Shown here: positions 1 through 8,649 of the stretch, piece by piece
Position numbering within the stretch: the first letter of the stretch is position 1
How the letters are laid out: every line of letters starts with the position of its first letter
Assembly: GCA_041686855.1 (NCBI GenBank)
Contig: JAWLDA010000007.1
Coordinates: 144,977-208,976 of the forward strand
DNA from: Limnochordia bacterium
GTDB taxonomy: Bacteria; Bacillota; Limnochordia; DTU080; RSA5
Direction of reading: 5' to 3'
DNA length: 64,000 nt
Program-made: the position numbers and the translations under genes
The notes under the pieces: generated by a model
What the model was told of the DNA's origin: nothing
Database searches by the model: none
Seen by the model: the letters and a program-made list of their open reading frames with translations, nothing else

Positions 1-185
1 GACCAACGCGACACGCTCTCCCCGCGTAATCGCCAGGGAGAGCGGACCGAGCGCACGTACGCCCGGATAGGATTTGGAGACGTCAGAGAGCTCAAACATG
101 AGCTCCCCGACACTCTCCTCGGAATGGGAGCGAAGCGCCTGCGACTCAGGAGCGCGTCGCCGGGTGTCAGACGTCGTTACCGTGC

Positions 186-1115
186 TCACCGAATAATCCC
201 GACGGCCCGAGCCACCGCACGAATCGCGTCATAATTCTCGTTGCTGGTCGCAATGAATTTGTCCGTCTGGAAGAGATCGAGCAGCTCTTGTTGCTCGGGT
301 CCCATCGAGAGGAGCGCTTGGGTCACCTTCTCTTTGGTTCCCGCACCGAAGTCACGATCGATACCGCCTCGAATCATCCAGTGGTAGTCGTAGTAGGCAG
401 GTGTCGTGTAAAAGACCCGCACCTTGCCCAGGTCCACGGAGCCATCAGCCACGCGCGCCTCCCAGACCGCTTCGTTTAGAGCGCCCGACTGATACGCACC
501 CGACTCTACGAGCACGATCGTACGGTCGTGAGAGCCCGAGTAGTTGGCGAGCCCACGGAAGTCACGCTCAGGGTTGATCCCCGCCTCCATGAGGTAGTGA
601 CGCGGCATCAAGTGGCCCGAGGTGGAACTCTCGCTGCCGAAGGTGAAGGTAAGCCCTTTTAGATCTTGAAGTGAGTTGACGTCAAGCTCCTTGCGTACGA
701 TAAAGACGGAGTGGAACTCCTCGTCTCGCGGCCGTTGGGCAATCGCCTCGGCGCCGGGGTTGACTGCGAGGGCCTGCACGCCGGTGAGGCCACCAAACCA
801 GGCCAAGTGAATGTCGCCCCGGGCAAACGCCGTGACCAGCGCGGCGTAGTCGACCGACGGTACGTAGCGCACGTTTAATCCGGTCTGCTCTGCTATGTAC
901 TCGGCGACGCCCCCAAAGCGGCGATTTAGCACCGAAACATCCTGGTCTGGAATGGCTCCGATGTATAACGTCTTCTCAGTCGATTGGGCGGCAGCGACGC
1001 CCGTGACGCCAAACGATGCGCCTATGATGACGCCAACGGCTAGCAGCATGACGAGTAGGTTTGAAATCCCCCCGCGTCGTTGCCGTGCGATGGCACTCGA
1101 AACGATATCGATCAC
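186..1115 (-). CDS. Phosphonate/phosphite/sulfonate-type ABC transporter substrate-binding protein (PhnD/SsuA/TauA family), N-terminal signal/anchor
   Basis: Hydrophobic N-terminal segment followed by the family-typical YIGAIPDQD...GDIHLAWFGG..SG core. Divergently paired with a LysR regulator. Permease and ATPase genes would lie beyond the window edge. Confidence 0.6.
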   Translation of the reverse strand: MIDIVSSAIARQRRGGISNLLVMLLAVGVIIGASFGVTGVAAAQSTEKTLYIGAIPDQDVSVLNRRFGGVAEYIAEQTGLNVRYVPSVDYAALVTAFARGDIHLAWFGGLTGVQALAVNPGAEAIAQRPRDEEFHSVFIVRKELDVNSLQDLKGLTFTFGSESSTSGHLMPRHYLMEAGINPERDFRGLANYSGSHDRTIVLVESGAYQSGALNEAVWEARVADGSVDLGKVRVFYTTPAYYDYHWMIRGGIDRDFGAGTKEKVTQALLSMGPEQQELLDLFQTDKFIATSNENYDAIRAVARAVGIIR

Positions 1116-1216
1116 GGTTAATAGCCCCCTAAACTGTTAAACTACGGGATCAATTATACCGACAGCGCAAGGGCAGAACAATGTCGCATGCCGATCTCGC
1201 ATAGGGAGGGTTGCTG

Positions 1217-2128
1217 ATGGATATCGATCACCTGCGCACGTTCGTCGAGGCCATTCGCCACGGTAGCTTCTCGGCAGCGGCCGATTCGCTCAATATGAGC
1301 CAGCCCGGCATCAGTCGTCGAATCCATCGCCTTGAGAAAGAGATGGGGGTCGCCCTGCTCGACCGTACCGGCGGCCGTTTTACGCCCACTCGTGAAGGAC
1401 TGCGTTTCCTGCGCTTCGCCGAGCATGTCCTACGTGAGTACGACACGCTCGTAGCCTCGCTGCGCGACCCGACTCCCATCTCCGGAACGGTCCAGGTGGC
1501 GGCGAGCACCACGCCCGGCGAGTACCTTCTTCCCGACCTCCTCTCCCGCTTTGTGCGGAGGTATCCCGACGTGCGCACCTCCCTGGCGGTCATGGATTCC
1601 GAGACGGTCGAATCATGCGTCGGCGAGCGCCACTGCGACGTCGGATTCCTTGGCCGCCCTCCCCGCAGCCGCCTCCTTGCGGGCAGCGTATTCGCCCATG
1701 ACGAGATCTTATTGGCGGTTCCTCGCAGCCATCCCCTCGCCGACGCGAAGGAGATCGCTGTGGAACGGCTTGAAGGCGAGAGGTTCATTTCTCGCCAACC
1801 CGGCTCGGGAACGCAGGAGTCCGTCGAGAGCGCGCTGCAAGCCGCTGGACTACGCCTGCCCAAACATGCAGTGCTGATGGAGCTGAGCAGCGCCCGATCC
1901 CAGTTGAGCGCGATCTGTGCCGGTCACGGCATCGGTTTCGTCTCCCGATTGGCCATTGAGGCTTCGATGCGAACAAAGATCGCACTCTTGAGGATTCAGC
2001 GTGTTCGTTTAACCCGAACGCTTTACATGATCTATGAGCCGAATCGAAACGACCCCCACGTCGTGGAATTCATCCGTTACATGCAGGAAGTAGCGCACTC
2101 CTCCGCAGAAACGACGGACGCACATTGA
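1217..2128 (+). CDS. LysR family transcriptional regulator
   Basis: N-terminal HTH (MDIDHLRTFVEAIRHGSFSAAADSLNMSQPGISRRIHRLEKEMG) and a LysR substrate-binding domain. GGGAGGG Shine-Dalgarno 6 nt upstream of the ATG at 1217. The six-frame ORF starts at a TTG at 1211. Confidence 0.8.
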   Translation: MDIDHLRTFVEAIRHGSFSAAADSLNMSQPGISRRIHRLEKEMGVALLDRTGGRFTPTREGLRFLRFAEHVLREYDTLVASLRDPTPISGTVQVAASTTPGEYLLPDLLSRFVRRYPDVRTSLAVMDSETVESCVGERHCDVGFLGRPPRSRLLAGSVFAHDEILLAVPRSHPLADAKEIAVERLEGERFISRQPGSGTQESVESALQAAGLRLPKHAVLMELSSARSQLSAICAGHGIGFVSRLAIEASMRTKIALLRIQRVRLTRTLYMIYEPNRNDPHVVEFIRYMQEVAHSSAETTDAH

Positions 2129-2217
2129 TTCTCCGCACGCGCTCCAATAAAATAATGGTAGTAGCGCGCATTTTAAGTACGTTCTCGAATTTATCAAGGA
2201 AGCGAGGTGATCCAAGC

Positions 2218-2427
2218 GTGCCAACCTACGTGTTCTTATGTAAAGATTGCAATCGCGAGTTTTCAGTCGAGACCCCTTGGTCTAAGAAGGGTGACGTGCG
2301 CTGCCCCCAATGTTCCGGCGACGCCCTCAAGGAGATGTTTGGACGCTACACCCTTAACGTTGTAGGCCACGACGGCGCCGCAGCCGACGTCGATCCCTGT
2401 GCCTGTGGCAACCCTGGCGGTGGGTGA
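2218..2427 (+). CDS. FmdB-family zinc-ribbon protein (putative regulatory protein)
   Basis: PTYVFLCKDCNREF...RCPQCSG has the CxxC...CxxC pattern typical of FmdB family small proteins. GTG start with AAGGAAGCGAGG upstream. The six-frame ORF 2125-2427 is probably over-extended at its 5' end. Confidence 0.55.
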   Translation: MPTYVFLCKDCNREFSVETPWSKKGDVRCPQCSGDALKEMFGRYTLNVVGHDGAAADVDPCACGNPGGG

Positions 2428-2594
2428 GGAATCTAACCTATCGGAGACCGTGTGTCTCCTATGGACGATATCGCATAGGCGCGGCGAACCCCATTTTTAT
2501 GGCCTTGCACCGCGCTCGTGAATCTTGTAACATTGTATCCGATTGCCGATACCAACCACGAGCAGAGCCAACGCGGGAAAGGTGAGAGATTGGG

Positions 2595-3512
2595 ATGTCG
2601 CATCCCCTTGCGCAAGAGGCGGTTCAGGCTGCCAAGAGGGACGAGCCGCGCCGCGCCTGGGCGGTCGTCAAGGATTACATCGCCATCACAAAACCCAAAC
2701 ATCAGGTGGTCCTCCTCACCTGCTGGTCCACCATGATGCTGGCCGGCGGTGCGCCTTTTGCCGAGGGCCTGTTTATACTCTTTGCGACGGCGCTGGGTGT
2801 CGCGTCGTCCCACGTCTATAACCAGCTGTTTGATAGCGACATCGATGCCAAGATGCGCCGTACTCGTAATCGCCCCCTCGCCGCCGGTCGGATCAGTCGC
2901 AGGGGTGCGGGCGTCTTCGGCGCCCTCTTAGGGATCCTATCTGTCCTGCTCATGCTTTGGCAGGTAAACGTGCTATCGGCCCTTTTGGTGGTTGCCGGAT
3001 GGGTGATCTACGTCCCGATTTATACGTGGTGGCTCAAGCGCACCACTCCGTGGTGCACCTTTTTCGGGGGCGCTTCGGGCGCCGTGCCGACTCTTATCGG
3101 TTGGGCCTCCGTAACCGGACGGCTCGACATCGTGCCGGTTCTCCTCTTTATGTTTATGATGATTTGGCAGACGCCGCACTTTTTCGCGCTCTCGCTGTTT
3201 CGGGGCCGAGATTACCAGGCAGCAGGCGTGCCGATGCTCGTCGTCGTCTCCGGCGTCGCCGCCACCCTGCGGCACATGCTCGTTCACTCGCTCATCATGT
3301 TCGCATTCACGGTACTCGTATACACGGCCGGAGCCGCAGGCATCGGCTACTTGTTGACGGCGGTAGTGGGCGGCGGCCTCTACGTGGCCGGCGTAATCGC
3401 AGCCAACTTGCAAGGTGAGCCCCGCGCCGAGTGGTGGGGACGCCGGCTTTTCTTCTCGTCCTATCCGTACATGGCTGCCATCTTTGTGAGCGTAGCCCTC
3501 GCTCGCCTGTAG
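2595..3512 (+). CDS. ctaB: Protoheme IX farnesyltransferase (heme O synthase), UbiA prenyltransferase family
   Basis: Multi-TM protein with the CtaB/CyoE hallmarks (ITKPKHQVVLL..., NQLFDSDIDAKMRRTRNRPLAAG, WQTPHFFALS). Confidence 0.85.
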   Translation: MSHPLAQEAVQAAKRDEPRRAWAVVKDYIAITKPKHQVVLLTCWSTMMLAGGAPFAEGLFILFATALGVASSHVYNQLFDSDIDAKMRRTRNRPLAAGRISRRGAGVFGALLGILSVLLMLWQVNVLSALLVVAGWVIYVPIYTWWLKRTTPWCTFFGGASGAVPTLIGWASVTGRLDIVPVLLFMFMMIWQTPHFFALSLFRGRDYQAAGVPMLVVVSGVAATLRHMLVHSLIMFAFTVLVYTAGAAGIGYLLTAVVGGGLYVAGVIAANLQGEPRAEWWGRRLFFSSYPYMAAIFVSVALARL

Positions 3513-3524
3513 CATCCTAGACGT

Positions 3525-4820
3525 ATGCAGTCGACCCAGAGCAAGAGCACGTCGAATTCCATTCTCTCCATCCTTGTCATCGGTGGCGGCGCGGCCGGCC
3601 TAATGGCCGCAATCGCAGCAGGGCAAACGGGCGTCGCTTCCACTCTGATCGAGCGCAACGCCAAACTGGGCATTAAGATTCTCATGTCCGGCGGCGGCCG
3701 CTGCAACGTAACCAACACGGGTGACGTCCCCCACCTCGTCGAATCGTTCCCGGGAAACGGGCGCTTTCTCTACAGTGCGTTTCATCAGTTCTCCAACGAA
3801 GATATTGTTCGCCTGCTACACGAAGAAGGGGTTGAAACCAAAGTCGAGGATCGCGGGCGCGTCTTCGCCGTGCGGGACACGGCGCGTGAAGTAGTCGGAG
3901 CCTTGGCGAGAGCGGCTCGGCGAGTTGGAACCCACGTGTTACTTAACACAGCCGTCCAACGGGTGGATTGGAACGAAGCGTCACGCACCTTTGCGGTGCA
4001 TGGCGAATCCGGCCAGGAGTGGCAGGCACGCCGGCTGATCATCACGACGGGCGGGGTCTCCTACCCGACGAGCGGCACTCGGGGTGATGGCTACCGCTGG
4101 GCGGAAGGGCTCGGTCACACGATTGTCCGTCCTCGGCCCTCCATCGTCGCACTTGAGACGGTGGAGCGGTGGCCTGGGTTGGTCAAGGGGGTCGCACTCC
4201 GCGGCGTAACAGTGCATGTTTACACGGGGTCCAAACGTTGGGCGTCCTACAAAGAAGATGTCCTATTCACACACTTTGGGCTCTCCGGCCCTGCCGTCCT
4301 CAACGTGAGTCACCAAGCGGTGATGGCAGACGAAGCTGAACCGGGGCATGTCGTCATCGGCATTCGCATCGACCCCGAACGTTCACTCGACGCTTGGGAG
4401 CACCTGCTCGATGAGCACATAGCGGCCTCTGCGCGTAAGACGATCAAGAACCTACTGGACGAGTGGTGGCCGGCCTCACTCGCCCCCGTCCTTCTCGCCG
4501 ACTCTGGTATCGATCCGGAGACACGCAGTGCCCACATCAATCGGGAGCAACGGCGAGCCATCGCCAGCCTCCTCTTTGAGTTGCGCCTTTCACTCAAAAA
4601 AGCTCGCCCCATCGAACAAGCGATGGTGACAGCAGGCGGCGTCGATGTACGTGAAGTGAACCCCAAGAGTATGGAATCAAAGAAGCGCCCCGGATTGTAT
4701 TTTGCCGGCGAAGTCCTCGATGTGGACGGCGTCAGCGGTGGGTACAACCTCCAGGGCGCCTACAGTACTGGCTGGGTAGCCGGGCATTCTGCAGCGTTGT
4801 CGTTGTTGGCCGGCGAATAG
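3525..4820 (+). CDS. HI0933-family NAD(P)/FAD-dependent flavoprotein (BaiN-like)
   Basis: N-terminal GGGAAG dinucleotide fold followed by the family signature KILMSGGGRCNVTN. Length about 430 aa. Confidence 0.8.
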   Translation: MQSTQSKSTSNSILSILVIGGGAAGLMAAIAAGQTGVASTLIERNAKLGIKILMSGGGRCNVTNTGDVPHLVESFPGNGRFLYSAFHQFSNEDIVRLLHEEGVETKVEDRGRVFAVRDTAREVVGALARAARRVGTHVLLNTAVQRVDWNEASRTFAVHGESGQEWQARRLIITTGGVSYPTSGTRGDGYRWAEGLGHTIVRPRPSIVALETVERWPGLVKGVALRGVTVHVYTGSKRWASYKEDVLFTHFGLSGPAVLNVSHQAVMADEAEPGHVVIGIRIDPERSLDAWEHLLDEHIAASARKTIKNLLDEWWPASLAPVLLADSGIDPETRSAHINREQRRAIASLLFELRLSLKKARPIEQAMVTAGGVDVREVNPKSMESKKRPGLYFAGEVLDVDGVSGGYNLQGAYSTGWVAGHSAALSLLAGE

Positions 4821-4874
4821 CCGGGCGCCATCGAAAGACGCTCGCTGTGCGGCCGCTCGCTTTACGGATACTCT

Positions 4875-5285
4875 TTAAAACTGGATGGTCGCGCCCATTC
4901 CGATTCCGTAGTCGCCGTCCGTGTAGTTGATGTTGGTCAGCACCTGCAAGATGCCCATGGAGATGCTGTACCCGCCTGCTACTGCGTAGGTGAAACCACC
5001 GCCGTCATCGAGCAGGCCGGCACGGACCGCGGCATAGGGGCGGTTGGTGTGACGTGCAAAGTTCCCGAAGTACTTGGTGAGACTCGCAGCGGCACCAAGG
5101 TCGTCGTTCTTCTCCACGAGGCCCAGTCCATAAGCCAGATTGTATGGACCTTGCGGAGGCTCATACTCAACACCGAGGACCGTGCCGCTAGTCAGGCCGA
5201 TCCGAGTGGCCGCTCCGACGGGTGCGACGGCGGTCGTGAGGGTGAGGAGGAGTGCTGCAACGAGAAGTGCGATGCTCTTTTTCAT
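4875..5285 (-). CDS. Small secreted protein, possible 8-strand outer-membrane beta-barrel
   Basis: Start MKKSIALLVAALLLTLTTAVAPVGAA is a Sec signal peptide, with GGAGGG 7 nt upstream of the ATG at 5285. Alternating hydrophobic pattern and a C-terminal ...GATIQF ending in Phe, the usual beta-barrel OMP terminus. The six-frame ORF starts 5 codons further upstream. Confidence 0.4.
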   Translation of the reverse strand: MKKSIALLVAALLLTLTTAVAPVGAATRIGLTSGTVLGVEYEPPQGPYNLAYGLGLVEKNDDLGAAASLTKYFGNFARHTNRPYAAVRAGLLDDGGGFTYAVAGGYSISMGILQVLTNINYTDGDYGIGMGATIQF

Positions 5286-5465
5286 TGTGTAACCCTCCAC
5301 GTAAGAGAATGTGGTATAGCTGGACTTTAGTATACCTCGCGTGCAATCAGCGGTGCATTAGGAGACTTTTGGGGGTAGAATGCCCACGTCGCAAGGGCTG
5401 GTCTGTCGGCCGCCTCTTGCGGTATGCTAGGCGAAAGAGCCCTCAGCTGATTAGGAGATGGATGG

Positions 5466-6281
5466 ATGCCGCGTACGGTCGATATCGGACGGGAGAACAA
5501 CGAGTTTCAGCGTCTCGAGGTCCTGAAACGAAACCGAACCAAGCGCAAACAGTACGGTGAGATCTTTGTCGAAGGGGTCGCAGCGATCAACGCCATTGTT
5601 GAAGCCCAATGGGCAGTGCGCGCCGTGGTCTACAACCGGGAGTCCCCCCTATCGCTATGGGCCCAACAGATCATCGCTCGCGCCAACCCAGAGCGGGTGC
5701 TCCGTCTCACCTCCGACTTAATGGCGAAGCTGTCGGACCGCGAGGACGCCTCAGAACTCATCGTCATCGCCGAGAGGCACGAGCGCTCTTTGGCGTCGAT
5801 TCGTCTCGACACCAACCCACTCGTCCTCCTCTTTGACCGACCGTCCAACCACGGCAATCTAGGCTCGATCATCCGCAGCGCCGACGCATTGGGCGCTACC
5901 GCGCTCATTACGACAGGGCACTCCGTCGATCTCTTCGAACCGGCAGTCCTGCGAGCCTCTCTCGGCGCCTTCTTTGCCCTCCCCGTCATCCACTGCGATT
6001 CACCACAGCGTGTCGAATCGTGGTTGACCGCGGCCAGGCGCACGCTCCCCAACCTTAAAGTAGTTGGTGCAATCACGGACGCGACCATACCCCTTCACGC
6101 CTGCGACATGCGCGGCCCTGTCGTCCTCCTTTTGGGGAACGAAGCCCGCGGGATCAGCCGCGCTCTCACCGAGTTGGTCGACGAGCCCGTCGCGATCCCC
6201 ATGGGTGGCACAGTCGACAGCTTGAACGTCGCCTGCGCCGGTACGGTGATGCTCTACGAGGCCTCGCGCCAGCGGTCGTAG
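5466..6281 (+). CDS. TrmH/SpoU family RNA 2'-O-methyltransferase
   Basis: SPOUT motifs: NHGNLGSIIRSADALGA, LLLGNEARGIS, VDSLNVACAGTVMLYE. AGGAGA Shine-Dalgarno upstream. Confidence 0.8.
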   Translation: MPRTVDIGRENNEFQRLEVLKRNRTKRKQYGEIFVEGVAAINAIVEAQWAVRAVVYNRESPLSLWAQQIIARANPERVLRLTSDLMAKLSDREDASELIVIAERHERSLASIRLDTNPLVLLFDRPSNHGNLGSIIRSADALGATALITTGHSVDLFEPAVLRASLGAFFALPVIHCDSPQRVESWLTAARRTLPNLKVVGAITDATIPLHACDMRGPVVLLLGNEARGISRALTELVDEPVAIPMGGTVDSLNVACAGTVMLYEASRQRS

Positions 6282-6358
6282 CTCGTAACGCTTGCGACCA
6301 TACGACGAGTAAAGCGAATAACGTGCAGGGATGGACTCCCTGTAGAGTCCCGTGGGAC

Positions 6359-6910
6359 TTACTTGAGGGAGAGGGCCTCTTCGACACGCTCAAGACGGGC
6401 GTAAACATCGTCGAAGCGTGCCCGTTCCAACTTAGCCTCCGATTTGCTTTCGGCCGCCACGTTTTCTACTCGCCAACGAACCCGACTCACCTCATCGTTC
6501 GTATGAGAGGAAAAATGTCCGAAATTGGCCTCGACGCGAATGAAACCCTCGGAGATCTGGCGACGCATGTCACGGATTGACTTCGTGGCACGTGTTTCGG
6601 CCCCGTCCATGCGTTGGTCGAGCCCGTCCATGCGCTGGTCAAGCCCATCCATGCGCTTGTCGAGCCCGTCCATGCGCTGCTCGAGCCCGTCCATGCGCTT
6701 GTCGAGCCCGTCCATGCGCTGGTCAAGCCCGTCCATGCGCTGCTCGAGCCCGTCCATGCGCTGCTCGAGCCCGCCTATGCGCTGCTCGAGCCGGTCCATG
6801 CGCTGTTCGAGGCGCGAGTTGGAGCTTCGAACTTCGGCCACGTGTCGCAAGAGCTGCGCCAACTGTTCTCCCAACTTATCAATCTTGGTCTCGATGGTGG
6901 ACTCGTTCAT
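6359..6910 (-). CDS. Coiled-coil protein with about 12 tandem heptad repeats (RMDGLEQ/RMDGLDK), function unknown
   Basis: Strong GGAGG Shine-Dalgarno 9 nt upstream of the ATG at 6910. Heptads place M and L at the a/d positions. Flanking helical segments are rich in charged residues. The plus-strand ORFs over the same DNA (6525-7027) are mirror-image products of the repeat. Confidence 0.6.
   Translation of the reverse strand: MNESTIETKIDKLGEQLAQLLRHVAEVRSSNSRLEQRMDRLEQRIGGLEQRMDGLEQRMDGLDQRMDGLDKRMDGLEQRMDGLDKRMDGLDQRMDGLDQRMDGAETRATKSIRDMRRQISEGFIRVEANFGHFSSHTNDEVSRVRWRVENVAAESKSEAKLERARFDDVYARLERVEEALSLK
6601..6813. repeat. Tandem 21-bp repeat, about 10 copies (ccgtccatgcgctggtcgagc and variants), in frame inside the coiled-coil gene
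   Basis: Directly visible periodicity. Variation is confined to a few positions, giving E/D and Q/K changes. Confidence 0.85.
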
Positions 6911-7092
6911 AAACCATCGCCTCCATGGCGGTTTGGTGCCGGCACCTTCACTCTACCGGCACCCAGACCTTGGTGGCAACGTCCGTTTCGAGCGCTTAGA
7001 GGCGTTTTGTCCGTAACGCGCTCGTAAGAATTCTCCTCGAATCTCCCGGAATCGGCCATTTCCTTTAACCCAGCGACAGACTTCGTGACGCG

Positions 7093-8649
7093 CTACGCAA
7101 CCGGCTCGTCCAGACGATTCATCTCCGAAGTCATCTCCCAACGGTGCTGGTCGGGAGGCTGGACACGCTCGGCCCACGCCTGGATCACACTCAACTGTCG
7201 ACGTTTCTCGTCCATCCTACGGGCGATGGTCTCGGGATTCCAGTCACTCAGGACTTGGTCCGTCAACTCTCGGAGTATCTTCCGGCAGCTTGGATCGTCG
7301 GCACGGTTCATCATCTCGCACGGGTCATCGGCCAGATTAAAGAGTTGTGCCGGCTCCTCGTGGTAGTAACACAACTTCCACTCCCCACGCCGCACCATCC
7401 GGTGATACCACCCCTCATACGTGCAGTACTCGGAGTAAGCGATATCTTCCCACGCGCTCTCACTCTCTCCGTCAGGCGGGAAAAGCTGCCGCAGATCGCG
7501 CCCGTGGGCCCCCGGCAACGGATCGCCGCCGAGCGCCGCAATCATGGTCGCAGCGATATCCAGCGAGCTAATGACTCGCCGACAGCGGCCGCCGGCGGGA
7601 AGGACACCGGGCCAAACCACGATCGCCGGGACGCGCGCCGACTCTTCATAGAAGCTCTGCTTCCACCAGAGTCCATGCTCCCCGACGTGATCGCCGTGAT
7701 CGGAGAGGTAGACGATCACCGTGTTCTCGGCGAGGCCGTTGGCGCCGAGCGCTCCAAGAATCTCACCGATCATCGTATCAAGTCGCGTCACCATACCCCA
7801 GTAAGCCGCACGGGCACGCAGGCACTCCTCGTCGCTTACCGACTCGATTCCGTGCATCGCACGCCACCGTCTGTGGTGGGGATGCAACGCGTCGGAGAAC
7901 GGTTCGGGATGATCCGGGAGCGTCATGCTATCCTTGTATAACTCGTAGTCGCGCCGCTCGGCGACGTACGGCTGATGGGGAAGCATAAGGCCGACCGTAA
8001 GGCAAAAGGGATCCGCGTCGCCGCGCCGGCGCTTCTCGCCTTCATGGTTGAGGAAGCGCACCGCCGCATCCGTCACCTCTTGGTCGTGCACCTGGTACGC
8101 GTTGAGGCCCGCGCCGGACCGCCTAAGGCTGACGCGCCCCGGGTCCTGCGCCCCGTCGAGGAGACCGCGATCGACCCTGCGCCCGACGAGGTAGTTGGGG
8201 TAGTGATCGCCCACCTGACGCTCGGCGTAGCCACGCAACTGATCGCTACCGATCGAGTGCAGTCTGCCGATGAGCACCGGGCGGTACCCGGCCGCGCCCC
8301 AGGCGTGCGCGTAGGTCGGCATCGCCGCATCGAGGATCTGATCGTTCGTCCACACCCGATTCTCGTGCGGGTGCCGTCCCGTCAACAGGGACATGCGAGA
8401 AGGCCCGCACAACGGCGCCGGAGAGTACGCCTGTTCAAACACGACGCCTCGTGCTGCGAGTGCGTCCAGGTTGGGCGAATTCACCAGCGGATCCCCGTAA
8501 CACCCCAGCACGGACGCGTTGTGCTGATCCGAGTAGAGAAAGAGGAGGTTTGGCCGTTCAGTGTTTGACGCTGCGTTATGCCGTGCGTTCACCGGTCGCC
8601 GCCTCGCTCTCAATTCCCAGTCTCTGCTTCTGCTCCGGCGGCGCCCCAA
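7093..8649 (-). CDS. Sulfatase (formylglycine-dependent, Cys-type), cytoplasmic
   Basis: PNLLFLYSDQH...PLCGPSRMSLLTG (C-x-P-x-R signature) followed by HPHEN. No signal peptide. The start is uncertain: a GTG at 8592 with a GAGG upstream would give a 17-bp overlap with the upstream sulfatase stop. Paralogue of 35682-37157. Confidence 0.8.
   Translation of the reverse strand: MGRRRSRSRDWELRARRRPVNARHNAASNTERPNLLFLYSDQHNASVLGCYGDPLVNSPNLDALAARGVVFEQAYSPAPLCGPSRMSLLTGRHPHENRVWTNDQILDAAMPTYAHAWGAAGYRPVLIGRLHSIGSDQLRGYAERQVGDHYPNYLVGRRVDRGLLDGAQDPGRVSLRRSGAGLNAYQVHDQEVTDAAVRFLNHEGEKRRRGDADPFCLTVGLMLPHQPYVAERRDYELYKDSMTLPDHPEPFSDALHPHHRRWRAMHGIESVSDEECLRARAAYWGMVTRLDTMIGEILGALGANGLAENTVIVYLSDHGDHVGEHGLWWKQSFYEESARVPAIVVWPGVLPAGGRCRRVISSLDIAATMIAALGGDPLPGAHGRDLRQLFPPDGESESAWEDIAYSEYCTYEGWYHRMVRRGEWKLCYYHEEPAQLFNLADDPCEMMNRADDPSCRKILRELTDQVLSDWNPETIARRMDEKRRQLSVIQAWAERVQPPDQHRWEMTSEMNRLDEPVA

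Noticed and set aside
1228-1863. 211-aa minus-strand ORF antisense to the LysR gene, and similar antisense ORFs elsewhere (2433-2813, 3785-4045, 5630-6088, 7144-7941, 8780-10171, 13324-13875, 31867-32712, 33311-34327, 36270-37247)
   Set aside because: Each is embedded in a well-supported gene on the other strand and has biased low-complexity composition, consistent with a GC-rich artefact.
6333-6350. Hairpin GGACTC-n6-GAGTCC between the convergent TrmH and coiled-coil genes; also the hairpin at 18016-18050 between the convergent solute-binding protein and MFS genes, and GGAGAC-n5-GTCTCC at 2443-2459
   Set aside because: They are possible terminators, but none is followed by a U-tract on the relevant strand, so I did not call them intrinsic terminators.
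6487-7027. Plus- and minus-strand ORFs (6525-7016, 6577-6912, 6614-7027, 6487-6726) encoding PSMRWSS or VHALVEP repeats
   Set aside because: They are alternative-frame or antisense readings of the same 21-bp tandem repeat. Only the minus-strand frame 6359-6910 has a strong Shine-Dalgarno and a heptad coiled-coil pattern.
8576-8649. Apparent 74-bp overlap of two sulfatase genes
   Set aside because: It is probably caused by an over-extended N-terminus of 7093-8649. A GTG at 8592 with a GAGG upstream reduces the overlap to 17 bp, and the conserved sulfatase core starts just after it.
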